NCBI GenBank assembly: GCA_040954595.2
Contig: CM082589.2
Coordinates: 6,073,186 to 6,137,185, forward strand
Direction of reading: 5' to 3'
Source: Balanoglossus misakiensis
Taxonomy: Eukaryota > Animalia > Hemichordata
Length of the DNA: 64,000 nucleotides
In this document: one piece after another, positions 14,737 to 28,650 of the stretch
How the letters are laid out: every line of letters starts with the position of its first letter
How positions within the stretch are numbered: the first letter of the stretch is position 1
Translations under genes and position numbers: made by a program
Notes under the pieces: model-generated
Databases searched by the model: none
The model's input: only the letters and a program-made list of their open reading frames with translations
Told to the model about the DNA's origin: nothing

Positions 14737-16589
14737 CATTCAAAGCCGAGACTCACATCACGTCAACAGCATGGCAGGCAAGATGATGAATGACACACGC
14801 ACGAAACCATATGTTTGGAAAAAAAAATGATTTATACAAACACCGTTCAAAGGAACATACTTGTATATTGATAAGGCTGGTTTCATTTGATCCTAACCGC
14901 CCTTTCCGAGTGATTTCCTATTTCCCGATGGCATTGACATATAACTTGAACTTTTGTACAAAGGCATTATGCATTGAGGCCTAAAAATACAAAGTACACC
15001 AACAGCCCCGGAGATCAAAGGAACACCCGTCTGTACATTGCAAAAGGTGTGAAAATCTGCACTTACAAGTGTTGACAACTATCTGTGCATCTCACACTTT
15101 TTTTTCCACACAACTTTTTCACACCACGGTTGAGGACTTTTCCCATTCTCTAATTGCCTGATGTGTTCTAAATATCAACTTTATGTATGTTCCTTTAATC
15201 TTATATCTATATTTCAATAGTTATATTATTCTGTACTCATGATGTCTACCTCAGTTGGGCTTGGCAACCCAATTAGCAACGTTTATGGCACCCCTAGGCT
15301 GAATTTGCTAGAAAAGATATAAAACTACAAATTTTCACTGCGGATGCCAAATAACTAAAACCAACTGCGCTGCTGAAATGGAATAGTTAAATTTGATACG
15401 AACAGTAAAAATCCACGCTTAATTTGAGAGGAAACCTAGCATTTTAATCTCCATCTTTTCATTTGCTTGAGCTCAGATATTAATAACTTAATAAAAAAGA
15501 ACCTTCATTTCGATTGATTTTCCAGGGATTTTTGTGTCGACTTTTTCCATCGACAGGTAGCGAAGAAAATTGAAATGAAAATTGGAGACGGAACGATGGA
15601 TGAATACAACCGTAAAATAAACATGCAAATCATTCCCAATTTATTTTTGACATTTACTTATCGGGCGAAGAGATGACTTTCAACAAAGGGACCTGTATCG
15701 TTTTACGGCAGAACTCGGTATCAGTTTTCCAGAAAATGGACGTTTTTTCGGGAGATAATTTCAACATGATATTGCTGTTCCCAGAGGCTGTCTTTTCTTT
15801 CATTACAGGAGGTATAAGAGTGTGTGTAGTTAAAGTGACGCGTCGATTTGATGAATGATTGCGCTGTGAATCGCGTTATCGGAAACTTCAGAGACGGGGA
15901 GAAGCAATAAAGTGATGTATGTAAAATGACCGCATGTCCCTACCAACTCATTGAGCCGTGGAAAACTTTCTTCAACAAAGTTGACAGACCTGCGTTGCAT
16001 ATTTAGTCAGCTTTTACACAATTCTCGCCCCAATTACCCAATTATAGGTGGACTGCACCATCAATATCTTAACTGTGATAAAAGATGGCATTATGTAATG
16101 TTTTAATTTAAACTCATGCTTTTTTGACAAACAACCGATTCATTTTATTGAGATGACAACAACTCATTGAATCAAAACAACATTTTGTGTTCCTTCCACA
16201 AGATAACTTCCACTCAGTGTGGCATAGAACAATGTGGTACTGTATTTGCACTATTGTGTCTAAAGCATGCACCTGGTCACTGTGAGCTGAAGTCAGGGGG
16301 AATCCAAATGCAAAACATGCACAGTGCAGCAAAGCAGCAAAGCTCTTAGATGGTGAAGTATCAGTAAGCCAATCAGGGTTAGGGAACCACAGGACCTAAA
16401 CAGTATCAGTGAGATTCATTGGTTGGTGGATATCGACCAGTTAGTACAGTGACACTCATTGGTTGGATGAACCAGTAGTAAGTCTAACTCAGCCTCACAA
16501 GAAAGATAACATGAATATCACTTTTCTAGACCGCCAAAAACTCCAAATGATAAAGTATACATGGAAGATGCTGTGTGGCAACACCATTA

Positions 16590-16708
16590 GGGAGTCTTCA
16601 TTAATTACAAGGGGGAGGGCTGGGGGCATCAGGGTAGGGTCACATTTTCCAGTACAGGTATGCACTGAATTCCCCCGGGCCCACCCCCTTGAATTACTGA
16701 AGGCTTCC
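16590..16708. mobile_element. Degenerate PIF/Harbinger-type MITE, 119 bp
   Basis: Imperfect TIRs GGGAGTCTTCATTAATTACAAGGGGG / CCCCCTTGAATTACTGAAGGCTTCC, with TTA at 16587-16589 and 16709-16711. Confidence 0.75.
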
Positions 16709-17164
16709 TTAGGCAACAGTGTCAGTTTTGTAGCTGCCGTAAAATGCTTCATTCCGCTGGCATGTCGATGAATTGACGGCGACCAGAGGTCACGACTTCT
16801 CAGGAATAATCGGAGACAAGGCGGCTCACTTCAGAATTACTCATGCAGACGACGTTGTCACTTCTGGAGGAGTTCACCAAAAGGCTCCGGTGTGCAACCG
16901 GGAATCGAGACGCGAATCTCGGCTTTATAAAAAAGTCGGAGTGTCACAGGGTGTCATGTCGCCTATTTACGAGCGGCTTACGGGGGTTTAGTGGTCGCAG
17001 CGCAATCGGGACTCCCTCGAAATACACACACACAAGCACTCCCTTGAAACCACTTCTATCCCCCCACAAGTTTACAAAGAACAAAGATTGGGATTATCCT
17101 GGCTATTTGAACAATTTACGGTATTTGAAATGAAGTCGAGTGAGGTTTCCTGAAGCAGCAATTT

Positions 17165-17207
17165 CGTTTGTGTGTGTGCGTGCGTTTGTGTGTGTGCGTG
17201 CGTTTGT

Positions 17208-17239
<32 letters not shown>
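17165..17239 (+). repeat. Compound (TG)n microsatellite with 18-bp higher-order units
   Basis: cgtttgtgtgtgtgcgtg occurs twice, followed by a pure (TG)n run. Confidence 0.95.
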
Positions 17240-17242
<3 letters not shown>

Positions 17243-20200
17243 ATAATGTTTACCAAGTTTGCCATTCATACCAGCAGTTGGCAGAGTATTCTTCAAATGA
17301 TAAAGTCTGATCAAGATGACTGAATGTGATGTATATGTACAGCAGACAGGGAGATAGCTTATTCCAATATCTGGAATTGATTAAGTTCTGTCACTTATGT
17401 GAATCCTTACATTCGTACCTTCTCTCTCTCTCTTCTTCATGCGACGCATGATTGCAAATTTTATTACTATTGATCGCCATGACAAAGGAAGTATTTAAAA
17501 CAGCTTTTTTGACATGCTTTCAACAAGGACTACTTTGTTTCATTTGTATTATCACCAGTGACAAAATATCAGCTTTATTTTGCCGGCAATACAGTTTTAT
17601 CAGAAGTAAATGTACTATCTATGTGATACTGAAGCAATATCTGATAGTGGTACATGTGAAAAAAAATTACACTTAATACTGGGGTTTATATCTACAAACT
17701 AGAGCACAGTACGTAAGCACGATTCAACTTCAAACCCTCAGTCTACTCTGGTGTCACACGTTGAAAAGCAAGAAACATCCTCGGAACTTTTTGTGATTTT
17801 TTTTCTCTCTGCTAAAACACACAGACAGGAATCGTGAGGTCTGTTGTTGACAGAGCAAAGTACGCCCGCTTCAATAATGTCTAATTAATGGGAGTTTATA
17901 ACCTGAAAAGGGGGGACAATATGATCTATTGGGCAATACGGCAAGAGTAAACATCTTGACTGGTACCCCGAACTTTGGTCCCCCATCAGAAATGTGCTCC
18001 TGATCCAATCACACTGGTTCCTCGGCACGAAACAGTCGACTCAACTAGGAAATAGAGGTGAGCAGAGGTTAACGACTCTGAAATATACTTTGTGGAAGTA
18101 AGACATTAAAACGTCAGAAATATGTGGATATATACCTTGCAAAGTACCCTTGGAGAGACAGATTTCAGTATTGGCTAGTTTGGATTTGACAGCCTCTAAC
18201 GAGCATGTTTTCTTTCACCGGTATTTAAAGGTATTCCCATGAATTTTTGAATTTTAAGACTTGCTTTTTACAGCAGTTGCCGGATTGAAAATGATGACTT
18301 CGAACAAAACCGTGCAAGTAACATGCAGTCACCTTAGTCTACTTTCTTCCCCATCCCTCCCATACAGATAAACTTTACCACGGAAAACAAAGGATTTCGA
18401 CCAATTAAACCGAGTGCTCAGAGGATGGATTTGAAGTCATAACGAGAAACACAGTACAATGAACTGCACTTCATTTACAAGAAATGCAAAGACACTAACC
18501 TCCTGAACCACAAAGATGATATATTACGAGAATTTTAAAGACATAACCCTCTTAGATCCAAAAGGATGAAAACAGTTTCTACATCGACGATGCAGTCTAC
18601 AAAATATCGTACTTCAGCCCACACTCCAATCTGGGCAAATTTACAGCCTCTTTGGCAATCTTCATTTCAATTAAATACCTGTCAAATTTATGACAAGTCA
18701 ATATTGTCTGCAATTTGAGGTTAACTCTCCCAATTCAAACACGACAAAGGATCGTATATCTATATACCAGTTAAATCTGACAAGATATTAATCCACAAGC
18801 CGTGTTTATCGGAGGCGGTATTCCATCTCCATGGCGACACGACAAAGCAAGAGAGAAGGCAAATCTTTTGCAAGATGAGAGCCTCTCTTCAAATTGCTCC
18901 CCGACACGGAATTCGACCGCATTAAACGTGGGATGAGAACTGGTGTCAGGTACTGTAAGCGCTGAGACCTGTGAACCCTCGACTGCCGATCTAAGAGAAC
19001 ACGAAGAAAAGAAACCAGTAGAACTGATCCATCTTCAGAAGAAGAAAAAATCATCTCTGTAACCATGGCATGCAGGGACGGCAATAAAAATGCAAACTTG
19101 TTCTCATTCACCTACATAATCACAGCACCCGGAAAGAGGAGAACCAAGGCGCCATGGAAAAGTACGCCAAGCATACAGTCATTTGTCAGACGCAGAAACT
19201 GATCAGCCAGGTTTAGGGTGAACTATATAAGCTCAGTAATGAGTTTATACTCCTAAGCTGCCAAGGTCTACTCCCAGGGAAAATCATGCTTTTTTTTCAT
19301 CGTCCTATATTCCTTACACATGTTGTTACGGATGCACACATATAGATGATGGTGCTAAATTCATCTCTGCGGCATTTGATGCTAAATGCTGAAAAATTGA
19401 TCATTTTAATCCTATGTAGCATTTACATTTACAATGCAAAAACACTCCGAGACACAACTCTCGTCAAAGGACCCGGTTTCATTTAAAAACTGCATGACAA
19501 AAACTGGGCCTACCAGTGAATTAATTTTTACCTCTTTAGGCAGGGGTGAGTAAATCCACAATCCCGGAGTTCATGGGTTATTAGTTTTTATGATCAGGCT
19601 ATGAGTTTGTTGTTCCGACTAGCCTGAACACTGACATTGAACGGGTGGCCTTTTTTTACCCTGGAGAGCTATCATCTTCGTTCAGTGCATCAACCAATTT
19701 TTAGCACAGTTCCCTCAAACACCACAAAATGTACATTTCACTTATAAACATAACCTCATAAGTGAGCACTGCTACTGTTGAACATTTACTGTAAGTCTGG
19801 ACTTGAATACACATAATTTGTCAACAATAACAATGCTTTGCACACATGTATAAGATATGTTTACAAGCAGAATACAAGGCTGGGGGTACATCGTAACATG
19901 TATGTTGGTACACTACAGACAGACGATCAAGAAACTGATACAAAGTTGTGTTCCAGGCAATTCTGTTGCAAGATCCAACCTTACTTTCCTCATGTGTAAA
20001 TCATTCCCAATACCGCTTTTAACATTTTGTAGTTTCAATCCCTTTGTGGTCGTTTCATCACCTTGATTCCTCTGCACGTACGTTCAGTCGACCCCACCAT
20101 CCAAGCTCAAATTACTCACGAACGAAAAAAGAAACACCGTGATATAAATACCCTCGTTCGAAAATAAAAATGAACTCCCCTCATTGTGGTGCTGAGCCAC

Positions 20201-20375
20201 GGACTCCCCGGCAGCTCGCCGTGAGTAATGGACTCGCTCATTCACTGGAAACACGATAACGTCTTGCGCAATTAAGTCGTTAATATTGCCATTATCAACG
20301 TCACTACTGCCCGAGCCGACACAACAATGCACAAGCGGCAGAGAAAAACGACACGACACAGAACACCGACCGTAC

Positions 20376-20439
20376 CTTCAGCTGCGACCGTGAGCTGCCT
20401 TAAGTACACACCACGCTGCAGCCACATACATCTCTCCAT
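20376..20439 (-). CDS. Candidate alternative first coding exon MERCMWLQRGVYLRQLTVAAE + phase-1 G
   Basis: ATG at 20439, donor AAG|GTACGG. CpG-rich surroundings with upstream CCAAT boxes and a consensus X-box at 20823-20836. Confidence 0.42.
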
Positions 20440-20822
20440 TGGAAGTCAACAATAAAAGGGAAAAGTGTACCCCACGGTTCTATTAAACCCAAGGAATGGC
20501 TACATTTGCATACTAAATTGAGCTGACTGTTGACAATTTGACGACAGTCGGTCGGGGCGATTCTGCCGACGCTTATTGGCTTACTGGCAATTACGCACAC
20601 ACTGCACACAGCCCCCACATCTGTTCCCAGAGTCCTTGTAGCGGCCACTTGGGCACAACTGAAACCAAATTCTTCCCCGGCGCGGAGAAATAAAAACACT
20701 AATGAGAACACAGACTGTTAATTTTTCTTTTTACCGTACATCACTTTAACACGATTACTCCGGCAAGTGTGAGCGAGTTCAGAACCAATTTGCGCCAATA
20801 AGCCACCAAATGGGGCAGGCAG

Positions 20823-20836
20823 GTTGCCAGAGCAAC
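20823..20836. promoter_or_regulatory. RFX X-box
   Basis: GTTGCCAGAGCAAC fits GTNRCC-N2-RGYAAC. Confidence 0.5.
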
Positions 20837-22190
20837 GATTAAACGCGGAGGATGAAATAACTTACAATTGTTCGGTGTCTGGCAATGACGTACAGTCTGA
20901 TGAAATTAATCGCCGGGAAGTGTAATTGGACGAAAATGAACAGTTTGGGCGCTTTTTAACTCGATACATTTCAATTTACATTAAACACAACAAAGCACAT
21001 CATCTGTCTTGCTAATTTCCCTCATCACCAGTCTTCAAACGCTCTCGCCAATTTCATGTGGGTTTTCTTTTTCACTGTGTGTGATTACACATCCATCACG
21101 AGCAAATTAAATTCACACCTTTAAATAGTAATGATGTTTCATAAAATCAAAGTATCCACAAATTTTCAAGAGTGTGTGTATTAAAACCACGGCACACGTG
21201 GAATGGTACAGCAATAAAGCGAGTCTTCTAATTCACTATCACAGGAAGCACACTGGTGCGAGGCAATACAGCAAACACTGCAGGGGTTCCTACAAAGCTT
21301 ATTAAAACTTGATACAGACATATCGCTGTCATATACTGGAAGAGTTAATAGAAGTTAATATGCGAATGGTGCTGTTCTGAAACGAGGATTGCGTGAGGAG
21401 GGTGGGGGGGGGGGGAGAGATAAAGAGGAGGTATATATCGCTTCCTTTCTGGTGTATGCCTGGACACTCAAAGCGAAAGACAAGGAAATTCTCATTTACT
21501 GTCCATTAACAGAATATTAAATATATCTGAACGCTGTAATACGACAGAAAGTTGATTAATGACACTTTTTTATTTTCTTTGGTAATTTTGAAACACACTT
21601 AATGGTGGGAGTTAAAAGATACCACACATCAGGTTAATAACATATATGGAGTTGGATTAGACTGACAGAGAGCTTTTAAATATTATTAAAATAGCCAGCT
21701 TTCCGTACTTCCTTTGTTTCCAATATGCGCGGTCTGCAATATTGAAAAACACAGCATGGTAGCGAGTAGGTGTCATCTGCACAACAGAAACATCTGATCT
21801 AATATTCCCGTAATGCATTTTCCAGTCATACACTTCGGAAATGCTCTGTATTCATGTGGTATTGGGGCTAAAAACGCTAAGCTTTGATGACGGTTTGCTC
21901 TCTAGATATTTAATTCTGCAACACATCTAAGATACTGGTGGCTTCGTAAGATCTTGAATATGTGCAAGTATCTGAAATTCAAAATGGCTGCCACACTCAT
22001 TATTGTCATTGGCCAAAGTATCGAGCCGTCTGATTGGTGCAAACGCATTTCTTGTATGGGGCATAATCAAAATTCTTGAATGAATACATGTCATACATAT
22101 ACTAGCCTATCATTGGAAATGTCTTATGAATCTACATTTTGTATATTGTTTTACAGCAGTTGTCTTGAACCATTTTGCCTGAAATTTAGG

Positions 22191-22231
22191 CATTATGGCA
22201 ACTGTCGCATACCACGACAGTTGCCATAATG
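22191..22231. repeat. Perfect 17-bp stem / 7-nt loop palindrome
   Basis: CATTATGGCAACTGTCG-catacca-CGACAGTTGCCATAATG. Confidence 0.95.
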
Positions 22232-23709
22232 TCATAACATACTAATATCCATTAGCGACAATGCAGCCAGTGGTCGAATTAAAGCAGGGACCCAGACTAC
22301 ACTACCATAGCGACCAACGAGGTTTTTGAACTGCACGCACCTGACAGGAGTCATAACCTCTTCATGAAATATTAGCATGCCTGGTATTACAGCAAACATG
22401 GTATGCACTAACTGCGGCAGATTTGTATAATTAACTGAATGGTTGGCAAACGTACTATTGGGAATAACAGCAGTAGTGTCAACACTAAAGCTATTCCCAA
22501 AACAAATAAATTTGACACTAATGTATTTTAAATCCTCCACTGGTTGTAATGCAAGCAGAAATATGGTACTTACAAACTCCTCGATAATTAAAATGTAAAC
22601 TTCCATTTCGTCGTACTTGAGACTCACTTAGTATATGGGCTATGAAATTGTACACTCTAAATTTTATGCTGATGATTAATGTGATTCCGTGAGACGGAAA
22701 ATAGTACAAAGAATTATGTCGGTAAAATAATACATCAGATTATTTTCTGCAACTTACTCAAAATCACTGTTTAAAAGTAAAATGACGTATGCCAAAAAAA
22801 TAATTGTCAATGACGGAAGTTGTATATAATATTTTGACATTTGATATTAAGCGTGCGATAGGTTTTGAAGTGTGTCTAAAGTCTTATATGTTTATGTACT
22901 TGCATCCAAGCGAGATAACACACTGATCTACTAGACCTAAGTGATTTATCATGTTATCGAAGATGACAGGCCGATATAGAGCATGCAAATTCTGAGCCCA
23001 GTTACCTGGTCGTTTTGTCGGAGTCGGCTGCAAGTTATTACTTTTTCAGTCCTTAAGTTATATTTTGTCAAATCCCAAAGGATGCACATGTTCACATTTC
23101 CTCATATCATATGATAAACTCTGAGACGTAATGTCGTTGTTCGATGCACTGATGCGTGCTAAAATTACCTCAGCGCTGGTCTGGTGATATTTTCATCACA
23201 GTTCAAGATGTGTTGATTTTTTTTTCCGCGATCCCAAACGCCGTCACTCAAACAGTTGATGTTTGTTTTAGATTTTTCAGCTTAATGAACTTCTGCTTTT
23301 TGTCTACAACCCATCCCTGCCAACTGGCAACAGAGAGTTATCTGGTCGACTGCGATACTCGGGTCGGTGCTTCCGTAGGGAATTCACACTATAGGATCGA
23401 AACACTGAGGAACAAAGCCAATGTTTGGCGTAGGAATTCACAAAATGTAGTTACTCAGAACAGCATACAAAATCTGGATGTAACGCTGATAAATCTATGA
23501 TCAAAAACACAAACTTCACACACAGTAGTCCTCTAGGTAGAAAGACAAAACCATGGGTAAAACGCTTGACTGCACAGATAAACGATCACTCTCCCCTGTC
23601 CTTGGTTTTCTCGCCATTATTGAGACATCAATGACTCTCACCCATAAAAGCTGACAAACAGACAAAAGACGCGACTCAGTCGCCATGTACGCTGTTACGC
23701 AACACCTAC

Positions 23710-23779
23710 CGGGGGGGACCCTCTGATTCTCCACAGGGAAATCAACTTTCGATTCAGTCCACCTGGCGTCCACTGTCAT
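23710..23779 (-). CDS. Candidate alternative first coding exon MTVDARWTESKVDFPVENQRVPP + phase-1 G
   Basis: acaATG start, donor CCG|GTAGGT. ZNF143/Staf site CTACCCACAATGCATT (23851-23866, minus) and ETS-like ACTTCCTG (~23893-23900) lie just upstream. Confidence 0.48.
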
Positions 23780-26682
23780 TGTCTAGCAAGCTAAACGACG
23801 CTGTTCCACACCAGTTGCCGAGGCAGCCAGCTTATCACACACACTAGAACAATGCATTGTGGGTAGATACCTTCTGGTACTGTGTGTTTGCTACTTCCTG
23901 TGCTTGAGGTTTGCCTGTCCCTCCTTCTGCTGTCTCTTAGCTAATTACCAACCAACCCAGCCAATGTCCCAATACACAGGTGTTCAGTAGTTGAACATAC
24001 AGTTTGCATCAGACAAGAATGGGCGGTACCAGGAATGAGAAACCATCAAATTCAGCATATATGATTAAATAGATGACAACAATTAATAGCAGTGATGTGA
24101 TCCGTAGGTCTACAAACAACAGGACAGAAATGCTTGCAAACGTACGGACCACTGAACTACTAGTAAGTGCTGTGAAGCCCCGTTAGAATAGATTCCCCGT
24201 TTCTACACGTAAAGAAAAGTAACCATTCTGACCTTGTGACCTCCAACAGCTTCTAGGAAGTGTTTGTCGCTGACCCAGTGACTTCAAAACAGCAGCTCTG
24301 TAATAACAGACCGCGGCAGCACCCGTTCGCACCAGCCACCCAGCTCACCAACTCTTCAAATTAAAACACAGCGTCCTGGAATGGGAAAAATTCAAGCATG
24401 TTAGCAATGTTACGCCGGCGGTCAGCTAAACACGGATACGAATGAAGCCATAATAATATCACACAGTGCCAGACGAGCCTTTGGTTTAGCTGCCAACAAA
24501 AGAAACACTCTTCTGTGATGTGATAACAGCTATTTCAATAAACAATGGTATGTTATTGAGACATTAAACAGGTACACTGAAGTCTTTTGTTAAATGCTGT
24601 CGGCATGCGTTAGCCAATAGCATGTACGGTGCTCACAGCTGCCCCTACATTGGCTTTTGTGCATTTTTCATTGTTTCATTACAATAATGAAACGAGTGTT
24701 CGATTTTTATAGGGGTTCTGTATTCACATCGATCCAGGGTTCATATATACGCCTTCTACATCATTTAATAGTTATGGACTTTCACACTGCCTTTTTCTCC
24801 GGGAAACCATTTTTCAAAGAATACTTAAAGATTTGGACTGATCAAACTCAACAATTCCTGATCAGCAGATTATCAGCAGCCATCAGGCAAGCAACCCTTT
24901 CACCAGATCACGGATCGGACAGACTGTGCCTTCATCAATTTTCCATGAATTTCCACTAACAAAGCTGGATTCCCAGGGACTTTTCCTGAACTTCCGAGAA
25001 CTGGCTACACCAAAACTGAGCCTCTTTTGAGGGATTGGTCAGACACACTAACAATGGGCGAAAAGGCAAATTTTCCCCCATTTCAAAGCATGGCAGTTAT
25101 CACATTTTTTATCTGTGACCGTGCCCTCCCAATACGCATTGACCCATCCCTTACAAACATCCTCATTTGATGAAAGGATAGCCCACATGAGGCGCCAGCT
25201 CAACCAGCAGAGATATATCAATACTGCCTTTTCCCATGACAACAAGGACATTCAGGGAAAAAATGCAATGATTCCCCTACGGACTCCAGTGCTAATTACC
25301 ACTCTAAGTAACGATAAAATGATTAATTGGAGGTCATACTTCAATACAGCTATGTAAATCAATATCTCATCTTTGAACAACATCTTCACCATTAACAAAT
25401 ACCAGTTTGAACTTTCAATGACTGCTTCGAAAATAAACTTTTGAGAAGAACAAATGATACGCCCCTTTGGTTGCAAAGATGATGTTTTCCTAACAAATGA
25501 ACGTCTCATCAAGAAGACCAGTTTAGCTGATGTTGAATTTATCTTAGACCTCACACGTTGAGTACACACAGGAATCTTGATAAAATTCATTCCTGTCTAC
25601 TGGAGAGGACATATGCAATATGCCAATATATATAAAAGTACGTATAGAGCATCACTAGGCTAATTTATTACACTTGCGACATGTACACTATTGTTGGTAT
25701 TGTTGAAATCACTGACACTCCAAAGGGATATAATAACTGCATTAGGAAGATCTCTCACAAGGATAAATTCACTAACTTAGACATGTTGTTTGTTGCTCCT
25801 TGTGAAATACACTGAATTATTCACTGTTTGCTCTCAACTTCGCACCGGGACAAAATATTTACACACATCCATGATATGCATTGCAAAATAACAGAAAATA
25901 TCTAAAAGTTTGTTCCAAACTAGTTCTATAGTTTTCTGCCTCAAAATTCACACAGCGTGTGTTTTGTAAAATAAGTGAAAATGTGGGAACAGCTGAAGGT
26001 ATTAATGTTTGCCTCCCAAAACTGCCTCAGGAATGAAAAGTTTTAGAGTTCACAGGCTAAGAATTCTGCCGCATCACTTCAAAGACGGCTGGTGCCGCCT
26101 GGAACCGACTCTGCATCTTGCACTGCGTGCGATTTCAAAGGAAAACGGCGATTCAACAATACCGGGTTCAGTCTGCTGCGCGATATCAGTCGGGGTAGGT
26201 AGCCTGATACAAAACGCGTGTGTAATTCGACAAAAGATGTCGCTGGGAAGATGGCTTGTACAAACGCAATCGAGGCATTCTCCACGTCCCAGGTGACTTG
26301 TAAAGAACCCTTCAAAGTAACAATTCAAAGAACAATTTTTTATCTCTCTCTGAAGGAGTAATTTCCACGGCGTTGCGCGGCCCGCTACTCCGTCGAGTTG
26401 TTTGCCACCGCTCAGAGCGACACATTATTGGGTGCAGCACTCCACGCGACAGGGAAGATTTTCCCGCGATTGGCCCCGGGTGCCGGCCACTGTCACAAGT
26501 ACAGACAATGTTTGCACTATTCAGGGTGCTAGTCAAGGATTGCACACTCCACAATTTAATTCTGCCAGGCTTGGAAAACGAGGAGGAATCTGACTCTTTG
26601 CAGGTGTGCCGAACAGCTACTTGTGAAAGTATCTCCGTCTGCAAGTGTAGCCAAGCCCTGGGGTACATGCACCAGCACATTA

Positions 26683-26907
26683 AGGGAGAACCATTTGATT
26701 TCTTGGAGGGGGTGGTGGAGGTTTTTTGGAAGAAAAAAAAATGCCAACAGATAATGCTGGGGAAACAATTCTTCTGCGATGCCGTGAGTATAATCAAAAG
26801 CAGGACTGACAGTAAAGAAAAAATGTGCTATAACATTGGTTGAAGAATATTTGCTGACACCATAATCCTCCACGCCACCCCCCCCTGCAAATCAAATGGT
26901 TCTCCCC
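26683..26907. mobile_element. PIF/Harbinger-type MITE, 225 bp
   Basis: 18-bp perfect inverted repeat GGGAGAACCATTTGATTT (26684-26701 / 26889-26906) extending imperfectly into G/C runs. TTA at 26680-26682 and 26908-26910. Confidence 0.85.
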
Positions 26908-27750
26908 TTACTACTCTGGTGCGAACAGTTGCTGATAATCACCCCGCTGAGATTACCTGTTTCTTACACATTTTTCCTGATCACTATGCAATTTTTTTCT
27001 ATCCTAAAGGTGTTGCTTTGTGGGTTTGTCTGGAGTTCTGAATGACCTTTGGCAATAAAATTTCAGAAAATTAGAAGATGATGGAATTCTGCATCTCATA
27101 CGCACGCACGCAAAACCACCGACTAAGTCAACATTTTCACTCTACTGGTGTAGGTGTACATCTGCAAATTGGAGCTAAAATTCTTAGCTGAAATAATGTA
27201 AAATATATTTACAGCCATCACAAGGATATCAGTAAGTCTCGGTGAGTCTTTGAGTAATATAAATTTCAATCAAAATCTCAAAAATAATTGGAATGCAGAG
27301 AAATTATCAATATTTTGATGTGAGTGAAATGCGTCAATGGCTGGTGGTGGCTACAACCGCTAAAATGAAATTCTAGTCTAACAATATAATATCTGTACAC
27401 TATTCATAGCGCAGGATCTCAGGTGTTCCCGTAAAATTACATATTTGCCAGCCCTTAATTGAGCAAGCATTAATATCCATTTACATGAAATGATCAGGCA
27501 ATAATTTCTCTGTGCGTCACAGTAATTTTTCCTCGATTCACATTATAAACCATACTGCATAAATCATAGTTCCGACTTTTAAAGAGACAGAAGCGGCAAC
27601 TTCTGGTGATTATTCGCATTTTACATAAAACAGAAATCTTCACACTATCTCCCCTGCATTGAAACACCATCTACAATTTTGAAGAAATTTCGGTTTCGAT
27701 CACAGAGATTACAAAGCATGTTACAGAAGTTGTGATGAGATACTTGCTGA

Positions 27751-27976
27751 TGAGATATCGCTGTATTACTAGTAATTACTAGATTAGGTTTGTTAGTTTT
27801 TTTTACTGAATTCCCACTCTTAGTTGCGAACATTAATTGGCGGCAACATCTTACGGACCAAAACCAACAACTGAATCAGCACGCTGTCTGGAAAACCGAT
27901 ATTCACCACAGGGTAAAATTTAGGAACAAAGTAACAAACCTAATCTAGTATTTAACCAATAGACAGCTGTATCTCA
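27751..27976. repeat. Degenerate long inverted repeat (old fold-back element/MITE)
   Basis: 27751-27815 and 27911-27976 are imperfect reverse complements with a perfect core TACTAGATTAGGTTTGTTA. Confidence 0.75.
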
Positions 27977-28559
27977 CGATCAAAAGGGTTTTGTCGCAAA
28001 ACCACATCAACTACGTACATGTACGCCTGTCTGTTGAACGTTGGAAACAATGGTTTTTTTAAGGACATCTTAGGATTACTCCACGCACTCATACAAAAAT
28101 AATAGATCACTTGAAACTTTAACTGCCTGCAGGATTTCTCTTACCACGTACAAGACGCCAATATTGGAGCTGCAAACTCGCTTAAATACACCGACAGAAA
28201 GTAAGTAACGAGATCTGCCGATCACCCCTTAAGGAGACAATTAGATGCACCAGCTCTTCAATTGAATCCCGTGGAAACTTTACGACTGCGAATTGCATTT
28301 GCCAAATTTACAAACACGGCAGAAATTTAACAGCATTTAAATAAAACACAACCAATAAACACTGCCCCCAAGCTTTTAATCTGGCTGAGTGAAATACAAA
28401 GTCCCCATTCATCTTCATGATGCTGGGTATCTTTCACTTCTTATCAGGATTAATGCTCCGCGATCAGTCCATATTTTAGGCACATAATGTTTTATTGTCT
28501 GTGTGTGATATTTAATAGTCTTGTGGTTACATGTGGGCTGTGTAATGTGTATAAGCCAA

Positions 28560-28650
28560 ACGTGTCACGTGCCCGCTCACGTCTTTATCGGGCATTCCCC
28601 CTGAAGTCCAATGCTGATTGGTTCCACCTGAGCCTCCTATTGGTTGCGAC
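28560..28650. promoter_or_regulatory. Promoter/enhancer-like motif cluster
   Basis: GTCACGTG E-box, kB-like GGGCATTCCCC and three CCAAT/ATTGG boxes within ~90 CpG-rich bp. Confidence 0.35.

Noticed and set aside
22191-22231. miRNA precursor
   Set aside because: The stem is too short and too perfect, the flanks do not pair, and I recognised no conserved miRNA seed.
26312-26843. Overlapping 156-aa (+) and 161-aa (-) ORFs
   Set aside because: Both run through the 225-bp MITE and show no recognisable domain or splice signals. A GC-rich patch explains the lack of stops.
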